A stretch of DNA of 64,000 nucleotides from the human T2T-CHM13v2.0 reference genome, Homo sapiens. The position numbers and the translations under genes are program-made. Positions 17,110 through 31,075 of the stretch are shown here, in pieces; the stretch's first letter is position 1, and each line of letters begins with the position of its first letter. A model generated the notes under the pieces. The model saw only the letters and a list, made by a program, of their open reading frames with translations. It made no database searches and had not been told where the DNA came from. The DNA lies in the NCBI RefSeq assembly GCF_009914755.1, contig NC_060925.1, one strand, 5' to 3'.

Positions 17110-17652
17110 CTGTGACTAGCTGGTATGTTTGCCTGGACAACATCTATTCTCTTCTCTTCTCTTCTCTTCTCTTGTGGAAACAGCACCCTAATTTTCCTTT
17201 GGGGCAACCATCCCTCTCCCACTTGCAGTTCCTCTGGTTTGGGTGGGACTGACCCCACATTCCAACTTGAGATTGGCATAAAATCTAGTGTTGGCCAACC
17301 AGAACATCCCATCCCCTGGCATAATGATTAATCCTAGACTATTCTAAACATGACCGGGACTTTTGCCAAAACTACTGAAGGAGAGCCATTCTCTCTGTCC
17401 AGATGGCTATATGAATAGGATAAGCCCGGAGTGGCCTGAGAATAAAGCTGACCCAGAGAAAACTGATGCTAAGAGAGAGAATCCTGATAATATAATTTAG
17501 TCACCTGCTTCTATCTAAGCCTAAAGCTAGATATAGCCCTGGACTTTATAAGTAACATGAGCTAACAAATTTCCCTCCCGCCATGATCCCCTCTTTTACT
17601 GTGTGACGACTAAAAGTGGGTCTCTGTCCTGTAACTGAAAGAATCCTATCTA
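17110..17652 (+). mobile_element. LTR16-like ERVL LTR
   Basis: cctggacttt...acatgagctaacaaatttcc...tgtaactgaaagaatcct end motif. Confidence 0.6.
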
Positions 17653-17670
17653 GGGACTCTTTAAAATGCC

Positions 17671-18044
17671 AAAAAAGAAAGAGAGGAAAGAAAAGAAAGA
17701 AAAGGAAGAAAGGGAAGGAAAGGAAGGAAGGGAAGGAAGGAAGGAGGGAGGAGGGAGGAAGGAGGAAGGAAGGGAGGGAGGAAGGAAGGAAGGGAGGGAG
17801 GAAGGAAGGGAGGGAGGAAGGAGGGAAGAAAGGAAAGAAGGAGGGAGGAGGGAGGAAGGAGGAAGGAGGAAGGAAGGAAGGAAGGGAGGAAGGAAGGGAG
17901 GGAGGAAGGAGGGAAGAAAGGAAAGAAGGAGGGAGGAGGGAGGAAGGAAGGAAGGAAGGGAGGGAGGAAGGAAAGATGAAGGAAGGAAGGAAGGAAAGAT
18001 GAAGGAAGGAAGGAGGGAAGGGAAGGAAGGAAGGAAGGAAGGAA
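17671..18044. repeat. Polypurine (GGAA/GGAG)n tract
   Basis: About 370 bp, almost entirely A/G on the plus strand. Confidence 0.97.
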
Positions 18045-18642
18045 TTCCAATCTCTGAATGCATCTCTGACACCTCCGTTATCTCTGCTCTGTGCTTCCAA
18101 AGCTCTGTGTCCTCCCTGGCCCACCAGGGTCTCCATGCCTGAGTCCTGGCAGATGAGTAGGAGTTAACTAGGCTAAGAAAGGGGAAAGGTTTCCTAGCAC
18201 ATCATGGTGGAGATAGGTGTAAAATTGGACTGAATATCCCGCCTACTTAGACTTATTAAACTTTTTGAGGAGAGGTGGGGGTAGGGAGCAGGTTCTGCCC
18301 CTTCCTGGGGCTGCCAGTTCTGTCTACATTTGGTTTCATTTTCCTGTGGGCTCTCTACTTTCCAGCTCAGCAGCTTTGTTCCCACGTGCCATCCAGCAGT
18401 GTATCTTAAATCTCTGCTATGAGCTAACACTGAGCTAAGCTGCTGGGAGGCACACATTGCCCCTTGTTATTCTCTGCAACCTCTACACCACCTAGCACAG
18501 AGCCACAGCCCAGCAGGTCTCCAGAAGTGCACACTAATAGGCATTCCCTGACCTCTTGCAATGTCAGTCCTTCCTTCACCATGAAGCCTTCCCTGACTGT
18601 TGTAGTCCATCCTGATCTCCCCCTTTCCTGAGTCCATCATGA

Positions 18643-19147
<505 letters not shown>

Positions 19148-19889
19148 TAATAGAGATAGAAGATACATTAAGAAAATTCAGTTTGTATCAATAAAACAGA
19201 TCAACACAGAACAAGGAAACACCATAGATATTTGTAAATGAGATCTTCTCTTTTGCTACTGTGTATATATATTCCTTTATATTTATACAAACTCACAACA
19301 CATGACATTTCATATTTCATATGCCACTGAGAAGAGGTATCAGTATACAGAACATAGGAAGAAGAAAAACGCATGAGAACATCTGCTTAGTTAGAATCTG
19401 ATGAGGAGAGACGTGAGAGCTATTGTTCCTCTCTCTGCTCAGGCCTATCGAGAGGCAACTGCAGTTTTTGCTAATTGTTCCTCCTGAGGAATTCTGCTCA
19501 TACTGCTATGGTACATCTCCTAGGTTGGCATGAGACCAGCCTGGTCCCCAGTTGAATAAATTAGAAAGAGCAGTTGGGGGAATTGAATATGATATGCAAA
19601 TTGCATAAGGTGACATCTCTCTGTGTGGCCACAGAGATAGATCATCTGCTCCTGGCTCCTTGATCTGAGGGAAGCCTCTGCTGTTCAACCTGCTCCAGGG
19701 TTTAATTCTGTTGGGTTGTGGGGCTGACAACAATGTGTTCCTTTCCTTCCTTCTCTCCCACAAGCAGAGGAAGTCATACGTAGACAAAACAGATGTTTAG
19801 GTTTTCTCTTCAGCAGGCTTCCTCTTGTTCCCCTCTATCACCCCCAGATAGGTGAAGTTCAGAATTAGGACTGCCCACTGCGGGGGGGT

Positions 19890-20095
19890 ACAGACCCTCC
19901 CCTGTTCTGAGACTAACCCTGCCATTTACTGCCTTCTCTATGTAGTCTTGGATAGGTTGCTTCACTGATGCAGGCCTCAGTCTTCCTCATCTGTACTGGA
20001 AATAATAAAACCCACATCACAGTGTTGTGTCAAAGATCATCAGGGCATGGAAGGGAAAGTGCTTTGGGAACTGTAAAGTGCCTAACACATGATCG
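19890..20095 (+). mobile_element. MIR in the 3' UTR
   Basis: cctcagtcttcctcatctgta...aataata core. Confidence 0.65.
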
Positions 20096-21079
20096 ATGAT
20101 TTTTGTTATAATATTTGAATCACGGTGCATACAAACTCTCCTGCCTGCTCCTCCTGGGCCCCAGCCCCAGCCCCATCACAGCTCACTGCTCTGTTCATCC
20201 AGGCCCAGCATGTAGTGGCTGATTCTTCTTGGCTGCTTTTAGCCTCCAGAAGTTTCTCTGAAGCCAACCAAACCTCTAGGTGTAAGGCATGCTGGCCCTG
20301 GTATTTCTAGATGAGGTTAGGTTCCTGGGACAGGAGTGTGTATTGAGGTGGAGGGAAGGAGCTGAAAGAAGGAGGGGATCCTTGGAAAGGGCTCTGAGAG
20401 GGGTGTATTCAGTTTCATTCTGAGACGAATACCATCTATCCCCCTAGACTCTCACAGTGGCTCCACCTTAAATGTCCACAGCATTTCACTTTCTAAAATG
20501 TACTTTTATTTGACTCTCATAACTATTTTGTGAAGTAGGGAAGATTGTCAGCCTCATTAGGTGAAAATATGTTGGTTCAAGATCACACAGTTAGTATGCT
20601 GCAAAGTCAGGACTCAAACCCAGGTCTCTGGAATCCTGGTTTTCTGAATGTCGGAGGGCACCTCTAACAAAGGCTCTGGAGCACTCTAAACTCTCATTCT
20701 GGGCTCATTCCTCACTCCTGGAGGCTGATTTCTGGGGGAAGGAGGAAGTGCATGAGGTACCTTTCTGTCACATGACTGGTGGCAGACCCTACTTTAACCC
20801 AGCCCAACAAGGTCATGCTACAGAGCTGCTCATGGCATTTTCCTGGACTCTCCTCCCTTGGTCCTGACTGGATTCTTCTACCCTGATCCACTTAGTAAGT
20901 CCAAGCTCCATCTCCTACTTACACAATGCCCCTTCTCTTGCTCCTTTGCTCATGGTGTTTACACTGGCTTTCTCCAGTCTCTGGTTCTCAGTCCCCTTAC
21001 AAAGATCCTGGATTAGATTTGCCTGCCTAGCTCTGCCTGATTGGGATTACACATTGTGTAGTGCCAACATCACACGTTC

Positions 21080-21310
21080 GGCATCTACGGTGTGTGCACG
21101 GCACTGCACTAAGGGTTTTACACCCATTCTCCATTTAATCCTTTCAACAGCCTCGTGAAGTAGATAGTATTACTTCATTTACATATGAAGTAACTGAGGC
21201 TCACTGAGGCTCCGGGAGTCATCTTCCCGAAGTCACAAAACTAGTGATGAAGACCCAAGAACTGAACCCAGGTCTGTCAGACTGTAAGCCCTGTAGGCTT
21301 AACTATTCTG
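21080..21310 (-). mobile_element. MIR in the 3' UTR
   Basis: catttaatcct...aactgaggctc...gaacccaggtctgtc. Confidence 0.7.
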
Positions 21311-23239
21311 CCTTATGACCTTCTGAAACCTCATCCTGTGGTCTGATGCCTACAGGGGTTGGAAGATAGTTTACTACATGAAATCCTTTAGTTTCCAGGC
21401 TTTTAGCTGCATGGCAGAGTTTGTCCTGAGAAAGATCTTGCCCAGCTCAGCCTGGCACACACGGGTCCATAAATTAAGTCCTCCTTGAGGTGGAATGCAT
21501 TTCTGGCACATAAACATGGCTACCTGGTGTCTCTTTTCAAACAAATGGGACTGTGCTCTATTCTCAACAAGTGTCAGAGATTCTTGTTTCTCTTCCTCTT
21601 GTTACTCTTTAGGAACCTCCAGCCTAGAATAGTCAGGCATGGACCATCCAAACACAAATTGCTAAGATGCTTTCTGGCAGCCTCAGAAACCAGGACCATA
21701 CGCCTGGCTAAGTGATGAGGGGGTCACACAGCCTTGGCTCTTTTCACTGTACCCGAAAAGAAAGGAAGCTTTAGTAATGAAAGGATTGCTGCCAAAATCC
21801 TGTTTCCCCCTTGCAGATCTTACAGAAAACAGCCACAGAATCCCAAGGCATCAGCACCAAGAGAGCCTGTAGAAACTATCTGGTCTAAGCTCCTGAAGCC
21901 CAGAGATAAGAATGACTTAACCCAAGCTGCACAGCCTCTTAACAGTCCACTGTTAACCCCAGAAACAGATGCATTTGAATCTGAAAGGAGACAGGAATCC
22001 TAATCCTACTGCTCAGGGACTTGCTGATTTACTTTGCTGTCTATTAGCCTTTCTGTGACATGATTTTCTACCAAGCAAAGTCTTTTATTCAAGTCTCCCA
22101 GAGATTTCCTATTTAAGCATTTGCTATTTGGCCACTTAAAAAAGACAGAAGAGAAGTAAACAGAAGCATATACCACACAACTCAGTCCAGTCAGTAGTTG
22201 ACTCTCAAGATGGCGGATGTCACTGAGATGGCTGAGAAATAGGAACGGATGTGGAGAAAGGAGTGGCAGTGGAGTTAGCTGTTTTGTCTACCTGCTGGAT
22301 ACCTGGGAAGCCAGACTCTGTGTGGACAGTGATCCCTAGTCATAGGAAACTTTGCCTGTGCTGTCATCAGTGTCCATGGAGAACTGCTTCTCACCTTGAG
22401 AAATCCCTCTTCTTCGTTCCTTCAGGTACAAGAAGAGAGGATGGAGACGAGGGTAGGCTTCTTTTCAGATTATACATTCTGGATCAGAAAGTCTATATCA
22501 GTGGGATTTTCTGAATGACCCAGGTTTTTTTTGTTTGTTTTTGTTTGTTTGTTTGTTTGTTTTAGAATTTCTGTGCTTTGGAGCTAGAAGGATATATAAA
22601 TGAGAAAACTGAGAACAAAAGAAGAGACAATATATTTTTGGTTGCAAGGGATAAGAACCTAACTCCAACAAGCAAAGCAAAGGGGGGTTTTATTAGAAAG
22701 ATACATTGAGCTTTCTATCAGAATCAAAGGAAGAGGTGATCAGCCAAGCCTCCAAACCAGAATCAGGGTCTAGAAAACCAGAGACCACACTCTTTCTCAC
22801 CTTATGTCTCTGCTGCCCTCTGCCTAATGGCCTTGTTTTCGCTTACTATAGACCAGAATTTACACAGGGATGGAGAATAAGCCATCACAGCTTTAGACCT
22901 CATATCTTCAAATATTTGCCACTCAAATGGAAAAAGAATAGGTCCAGCTTTTTATAAAAATCTTAGGGAAGGATTCTGATGGGCCCTGCTTGATCACATG
23001 CTCCGTTTATTGACAGTCTTCACTAGAATCACCTGGTTTGGGTTAGGGAGTAGTAGTACTACTAAAGAAGAGATTACTATTTCTGGAAGAAACAAGGAGA
23101 GAGGTGACAGCTGCTTATTACAGGAAATGATTTACCAGAGATCCTATAGCAAGTTAGGAGCGGACTCAGGGCTAGAAACAGAATCAATAAAATAGGTATT
23201 AATAATAATGGAAGTCTCTGAATTCTCTTCATTTCTTTC

Positions 23240-23497
23240 CTTTTCTTCTTTTTTTTCTTTCTTTCTTTCTTTTTTTTTTTTTTTTGAGAGGGGGACAGGG
23301 TCTTGCTCTGTCACCCAGGCTGGAGTGGCACAGTGTACAATCATGGCTATGGCTCACTGTATTCTTGACCTCCAGGGCTCAATCGATCCTCCCACCTCAG
23401 CCTCCCAAGTAGCTGGGACTATAGGTGCAGGCTACTTTGCCCAGTTAATTTTTTGTATTTTTTGTAGAGACAGGGTTTCACCGTCTTGCCAAGGTTT
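23240..23497 (-). mobile_element. 5'-truncated AluJ
   Basis: T-rich tail, right arm and part of the left arm. Confidence 0.88.
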
Positions 23498-23574
23498 GGA
23501 TTGTTTTTGTGTGAAGTAAACCTCAGTGTTACTGAGCCGTTCATTTATTTAGATTTTTAAGAGATTGCCATTGA

Positions 23575-23691
23575 GGCTGGATGCGGTGGCTCATACGTAC
23601 AATCCTAGTGACTCAGGAGGCCAAGGCAAGAGGATCGCTTGAGGCCAGAATTTGAAACCAGCTTGGGCAACATAGCAAGACCGTCTCTATT

Positions 23692-23706
<15 letters not shown>
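23575..23706 (+). mobile_element. Alu left monomer (FLAM-like)
   Basis: ggctggatgcggtggctcat...gaccgtctctatt followed by an A tail. Confidence 0.85.

Positions 23707-23752
<46 letters not shown>
23707..23752. repeat. (AT)23 microsatellite
   Basis: Perfect repeat directly after the Alu tail. Confidence 0.97.
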
Positions 23753-23759
<7 letters not shown>

Positions 23760-24110
23760 TACTCCTGTGAGACAGAATGGACTAGAGTGGAGTAATTACG
23801 TAAGTAGGGAAATGTTAGGAACTCTGTGGTAGCTCTCTAGGGCAGAAAACAATGGTGGCCTGGACCAAGGTCATGCCAATGAAAATGGAGAAAAATGATC
23901 AGATTTGAGATATATTTAGAAGTAAAACCCTAGGATCTGCTGCTAGATTAGACAAGGAGGCTGAGAAAAAGAGAAAAATCAAAGAATTAAGGATGAGTTT
24001 TCTGTGAAGACTGGGGTTCAAACAAGTTTGGGGGCAGAATCAAGAGTTTCAATTTGGACATGTTAAGTTTGAGACATGAAAATGTCCAGTAGGCACTTAG
24101 ATACACGTTA
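23760..24110 (-). mobile_element. L2 fragment
   Basis: gagtttcaatttggacatgttaagtttgaga...gtccagtaggca. Confidence 0.6.
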
Positions 24111-24551
24111 TTATCAAAGACTTGGCATCTAAAGCCTCGGGACTAGACGAGTACATCAAAGAAGGAAGTACAGTTAGAACAGAAGGCCCAACTGTTCTTG
24201 GAGCCATCTTTTCTATATATACTGAATCTTTCTGCTGGGCTTCTGGCCAGGAACTTCCGGTAGGAATTACAACCATTATCTACGGTGAATCCTGTGAAAT
24301 GAGAAGTCAGATTCATCCCTCGGGGATAGCTAAGAGGTATCCAAATGGACTGTTTAACAAGCATCAAAACTTCTTCATCTCGAGTGTCTTGATTCCTCCA
24401 AAGTAAATCCTTTGGATCACTATTAAACAAATGATAAGACTGCCCTGCCCTATACAGTTTTGCCACTTGTCTTTGGTGATATCATCGGAGCCATGTTTTA
24501 AGACCCCAGGACATCTACCAGACTTAGTTTCAGAGGACTGAGGGTGCTTCC

Positions 24552-25285
24552 TGTGGTAGATTGAAAAATTGGTCACCATATTTTGTAGCTCCTCCCATAA
24601 AGAGATGGCATCTATTTCCCCCTCCCTTTTTTTTTTTTTGAGACTGAGTCTGGCTCTATCGCCCAGGCTGAAGTGCAGTGGTGCGATTTAGGCTCATTGC
24701 AACCTCCTCCTCCTGGGTTCAAGCAATTCTTGTGCTTCAGCCTCCCAAATAGCTGGGATTACAGATGCCCGCCACCACACCCAGCTAATTTTTGTATTTT
24801 TAGTAGAGATGGGTTTTCACCATGTTGGCCAGGCTGGTCTGGAACTCCTGACCTCAAATGATCCGCATGCCTTGGCCTCCCAAAGTGCTGGGATTACAGA
24901 CATGAGCCACTGAGCCAAGCCCTATTTCTCCATTTCTTAAAACTGGACTTGGCCATGGAACTTGTGTTCATCAGTGAGACATTGGCAAATGTGATGGAAA
25001 CAGAGCTTGAAAAGTGCTTCTGTGTTGGATCTTGCCCTCTCTTGCTTCGAGGAAACTCCTGCTACCATATGGACAAATCTGGGCAGCCTTCTGGAGGATG
25101 ACACCACAGGGAGAAAGGCCTCAACAGCCCCAGTCATCTCAGCTGGGACCCCAGACATGTGGATGTAGCTATCCTAGACCATCCTGCCTCAGCCAGAAGA
25201 ACCACCCAGCCAACCCACAGAATCATAAGAAATGATACATGTTTGTTGTTTTAAGCCTGTAAGTTTTGGAGTGGTTGGTTACGTC
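24552..25285 (+). mobile_element. MLT1F/G-like LTR, interrupted by an Alu
   Basis: tgtggtagattgaaaa...tgttgttttaagcc...ttttggagtggttggttac. Confidence 0.75.
24627..24921 (-). mobile_element. AluS
   Basis: Antisense dimer; TSD ctatttc(c/t)cc. Confidence 0.95.
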
Positions 25286-26825
25286 CTTCAGAAAACAACA
25301 ATGAACTCCTAGCCAGGCAGTCTAACAATGTTTCACAGGTAGAGATATTCTTTCTCCTATCCTCAGTCTTCTTGGGGCATTTGTATTTGATCAGTCATCA
25401 AAGGTTAGTACTAAAAGGTGAAAGCTTAGTTGAGGAATGTAAAGCAATGGCCAGTGGGTAGCAGAGATATTTGGGAGCAGTAGACTCTTCCAAGAGCCCC
25501 TGAAACAGTTTCTCAAAGGTGATTCCGGTTTCCCAGTTGAGTGTTCTCACAGCATCACGTGCCTTTCCTTTAGAGTACTTTGTAATTATATTTGGGTGAT
25601 GATTTGACAATGTCTATACTAAATCATGAAGCTATACGTTTCATGAAAGCAAGAACTGTGTCTAATTTGCCACTACTTGTATCCTGGCACATAATATATA
25701 TTCATTTGTTGAGAAAATAAATGAATAAATAAATTTGAATTTTGTCTACTTCATATAATGGATCAGGACCTTAAAAAACCATCATTTAACAGTATTTATA
25801 TCTCACGGACTAGTGTTTTGCATTTACTTCCAGCCACAGGATGCTACTTGATTCCCCAACTATGGCAGGTAATTGGGTGTAGGCTTGGGGCAGGGAATCT
25901 GAAATCAATGAGATCCCAGGACACTGGTTATTGTAGTTCTTTCCCCTTCCCCTAAACTGTTGGCAAACAAAGTCAAACAAACATTCCTCAGGATACTCCA
26001 GAAAACTCGATATCCAAGCAAGGAGCTTAGTGGCCGGCAGGAGCAGGTGATATGAGTTGGGGAGTCAGGTCTGGAGAATGGTCTTATTCTGTGGATGTTA
26101 TAAGGCTTCGGTCACCAAGCAATTGTGGCTATTTAATTAACTGAGGTTATTTAACTCTAAGAATCCTTGGGAGCCTGGTACTACCAGAGGGTATATCCCA
26201 TCTACCCTTCTGCTAAGACAATCTGAAGAAAAAAATTTGAAAGAGCATGAGTCAGACAGAGGAGGGTTCAAATGATGCTAGTGGGTGACTTGAGCATGTT
26301 AACTTTTCCAGGGCTGTTTCCTTGACTGCCAAATTGGGATAATAATATTTTAGAAACAGCATCTCCATTAGATCATAGGACCTTGCAGGCAGGGATCATT
26401 TTTTTTTTCATCTGTATTTATCTAGTGCTTAATAATGCTAGGCCCTAGTCGATAGTCAAATAGCTAAGTGTCTTCTTAGAGGTGATCCAGGACCTAGTCC
26501 TGGCTCCATCACTGTGATACTCTCAGAATAATTAGGAGATTTCCTTCCATTCTTTGGATGTCAACCTTCCCTTCTATAAAATAGGAGCCTGGAACAGATC
26601 TTCTCTAAGCTCCTTTCCAGATCTGATAATCGATGAGTCTGTGACCATTCAGTACACTCTACTCCACTGCTGCTCCTAGAAGTTAATAATGCTATAGACT
26701 GAGGAGACAATGAGTCACGAATCACTTTGTATTTACAGATACACATGCATTTAAAATAGATGTAAATAAACACAATACTGTATTGCACTTTTGGCCACTT
26801 TTGCGTCTTTAGAAGTCAAGAGGTG

Positions 26826-27141
26826 TTTTTTGTTGTTGTTGTTTGTTTGCTTGTTTTGTTTTGAGATGGAGTCTCGCTCTGTCACCCAGGCTGAAGTGCA
26901 GTGGCACGATCTCGGCTCACTGCAACCTCTGCCTCCCAGGTTCAAGCGATTCTCTGCCTCAGCCTCCTGAGTAGGGATTTCAGGTGCCCACCACCACGCC
27001 TGGCTAATTTTTGTATTTTTAGTAGAGATGGGGGTTTCACCATGTTGCCCAGGCTGGTCTTGAACTCCTGACCTCAGGTGATCTGCCCACCTCGGCCTCC
27101 CAAAGTGCTGGGATTACAGGCATGAGCTGCTGCGCCCAGCC
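26826..27141 (-). mobile_element. AluSx-like element
   Basis: Antisense dimer; TSD agaagtcaaga. Confidence 0.95.
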
Positions 27142-28149
27142 AGAAGTCAAGAGTTTTTAAATATTTTATTTGGATTGTTGAGGAAGATTAAATCCAGGAC
27201 AAGTTGCCACTAACACATATTACACAGCTTGAACCTTGGTGGCTAATTGCGCTATTACTGTGATTGATGAACACTATGCTGCAATCAGCTGGAAGCTGCT
27301 GCCTTTCATTTGACAGAAATGAGGTCACAGAGCAGGGCTGGGGAGCTGCCATCTCACAAGCAGGTCTGGTTGTCTGTTGCCCAGTAGACAAGCTTGCCAC
27401 TATAACATTTAACTCTTGATTCCATCTATTGTGAAGATGCTTGTTCCCTTGAACTGGCTCCTGAGTTTTACAGAATTTGACAGTTTTAAAGAAAACGATT
27501 TCATCTTTGCCTGGATATTCAGTAGGAGAGAAAAGATTATTGGATATAGATACTAAAATATCCAGGCGTCATGAGGACCTTGGTCTGAAATCCTAGTACT
27601 AGAGTAGGTGAGTGTTAATGACCAGAAAAAAATAGTAATTATCCATGACACTGTATACAATGTTACAGTGTAAAAATCACACCCAGAACCACTGCCCTCT
27701 GAAGCAACTGTATTATACCCATGGTCAGAAAAGTTAATCAAGTCACTCTTCACAAATGCCCCATTGCTGGAGCATAGAGGCTGTTCAAAGTGGAGCATGG
27801 AGGCTCCTGCTGATTGGGAGCCTGATAAGTGTTGCCTGGCAGAGGCAGATACAGGGAAAGCCAGCACTTGGGACTGGGAAGCACTGGGCATTTTCTACCC
27901 AGGCCCATGGGATCTGTTGCCTCAGAGACTGACTCGCCTTTCCTGAGCATTAGACATCCATCACCTGGGATTAGTCTGAGTAGTTGAGCAATTTGTTAAC
28001 AGATTAGAGATATACATCTTTTCTCCAGTGGACTTGGAATCTGATGGCCCTGGAATTGAATCCTAATGTGGCTTTAACACTCTCTTGGTATGTGATCCAA
28101 GTCTCGTAATCTCTCTGGATCATAGTTTGTCTATAAAAGATGCAGCCCA

Positions 28150-28390
28150 GAATGTGGTTAAGAGCACAGACCTTGGAGCCTACTGCCTGGATGTGAACTC
28201 CAGCTCTACCACTTACTTATTATGTGACTTTAGAGGTCCAGCTAGAACCTCTTTGTACCTTTGTTTCCTCATCTTCAAATGAGGCTCACTATAGTGCCTC
28301 CCTCACAAGATGTTGGGAAGATAAATGAGTTAATGCACGTAAAATGCTTGGAACAATGTCTAGTACAGAGTAAGCATGACATCAGAGTTG
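28150..28390 (+). mobile_element. MIR
   Basis: gtggttaagagcacagac...tttcctcatct...taaatgagttaatgcacgtaaaatgctt. Confidence 0.8.
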
Positions 28391-28539
28391 GCCGAGACAA
28401 CTCTTGGATGCCAATCCTGATCTCTCAGGTTTGTTTGGTGGATCAACTGAAATGGTGAAGGTGAAAAAAAAGAGACACCGAGTTATTAGTGCCAAAAGAG
28501 ACCTTAAAGATCATCCAAATAAGCTCCCTCATTTTATAA

Positions 28540-29031
<492 letters not shown>

Positions 29032-29539
29032 TAGTTAATTACTTTTCTAGGACAATGAGCCTCATTTGAAATGAAAAGAAAACTGGCGAGAGACTCCTCC
29101 TGCCCGCTGACTTTTGAGGTGGCTGAGGATTCAGGCCATGATAGAGAAGAAAGGTTTTCTGGAATCACTGCCAGTTCCATGTCATTATTTCAGCCAAAAC
29201 AAAATATGTCCCTGTGGCCAAGCAAGCTAGAATAATGAGCTAATTTATTCTGGTCTCTGAGTTTCTTTTATTTTTTTCCTCAGGTATTTAATTAAGGGGC
29301 TTCCACCAGAAGTGGTTTCCCACACTCTCTGGTAGAAACTAAGGTTTCACTCCCAGGAGAAAGGGGTTGGGATCGGGATCTCTGAGTTCAATTTTCTCAA
29401 TTTTTTCAGAGTCATGCCACCTTAAGATTTATTTTGCTTTGAATCATACTTCTCAGTTAGACTGCTCAAGAGCAGTTAAAAGATGGATTGGAGGAAAAGG
29501 GCAGGATAGGGAGAAGACCCTATGAAGAACAGCAGATGG

Positions 29540-29790
29540 AATTATAGAGGTATTTGACCTAGAGAAAAGGCAAGTCCCAGGAGTCATGATTCCTGTTCTC
29601 AAATAGTCTGAAGACGTCACAGGGCAGAGGGAGCACAGACTGTGAAGTCTCTGACAGCAGAGCTGGTACCAACAGGGAGGGAAGAAGAAGAAGAATTTCC
29701 AGGAGGCAGATTTGAGCTCGATACAAGGAAAACTTTCTATGAGAGTTGACAAAGATGGTGTGGAAAATGAGCTCCTGTCCCTGCCTAGAA
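29540..29790 (+). mobile_element. L3/CR1 fragment
   Basis: ggaggcagatttgagctcgatacaaggaaaactttct, typical of the L3 3' region. Confidence 0.55.
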
Positions 29791-30123
29791 GGTGTGCTTT
29801 AAAAGAAAGAGATTTGATTGTTAGGCTTGACAGTCACTTGTCAGAAAAAGGAAGGTTAGAACTGACTAGTCAGACTAGGTAAATTTGGGCATCCCGTCAA
29901 ATCTAAAATCCTCAGGTTCTAGGAGTCTAAGAACTAATAACCAATTTCACTAAGTTCCCACAGTTAAGAACCAACTGGAAAGCAGCAAAATCAGAAACTC
30001 ATGATCTGTTTCTTGATCTTGCCTGTTTCTCTTTTTCTCTGTTTGTCTTTCTTGAGCATACCTACTTGCTCTTTCATATAGCAGGAACCTCTGACATTTT
30101 GTAGGGGATAATCCTTTTCTCTT

Positions 30124-30431
<308 letters not shown>

Positions 30432-30970
30432 AATCCTTTTCTCTTAAGTGTGTTTCTGACTCAGCCTTTGCTCCTTCAGCATCATTAGAGAGTCTGAGCT
30501 CTCTGAAGATTAGCTCTTCCTGTCGCCACAGCAACTGCCCAGGCCCTGTGGGCATCCGTGGTAACAGGCGCAGGGCTTTGAGAGCCCAAGCTTGACTTGT
30601 AGTGAGAGAAAGCCCCGCAGGGAGCCCGATAGGAAACAAGCACGTTGTGCTTTGAGAAGTTGTCTTTAACAGGATTAGCTATGCAGGCGAGCCTCACTTT
30701 ACGCAATTGGCATGCCCCTGAAGAATGTGTGCGTGTCAAATTTTGGTAAATGGAGGAACTCTCATTTTAAAGGCAGAAAAGAGACTGTTCTCTAAGTCCC
30801 TGTAGTGAATCCCCTTCGTAAAACAGAGTCTTCTTTTGTAAAGTGATTCTGCACCCGTGTAGTGACCTGTTATGTTAGTCTAGTGCTGAGTATCTATTAC
30901 TGGGACCATCTGCAGAGAACCCCAGGGGCAGGCAAAGAATAGCAGCAACTCATCTTGCTCTGAGTGTGGG

Positions 30971-31022
30971 CAGTGTGTAACAGGGAGAGTGGGCTGAGAG
31001 CGGACAGTGTGTAACAGGGAGA
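30971..31022. repeat. Two exact 18-bp direct repeats, 34-bp period
   Basis: cagtgtgtaacagggaga at 30971-30988 and 31005-31022. Confidence 0.97.
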
Positions 31023-31075
31023 AGCAGACTGGGTGTGGGGCCACAATGAGGGGAGGTCAGGAAGGTGGGCCTTGC

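Noticed and set aside
17546-18142. Long PSFL-rich and GRKE-rich ORFs on both strands
   Set aside because: Translations of the stop-free GGAA repeat.
24122-24579. Overlapping 71-107-aa ORFs in a slightly CpG-richer UTR segment
   Set aside because: No recognisable domain, pseudogene tail or TSD, and partly in L2-like sequence. A BLASTX search would settle it.
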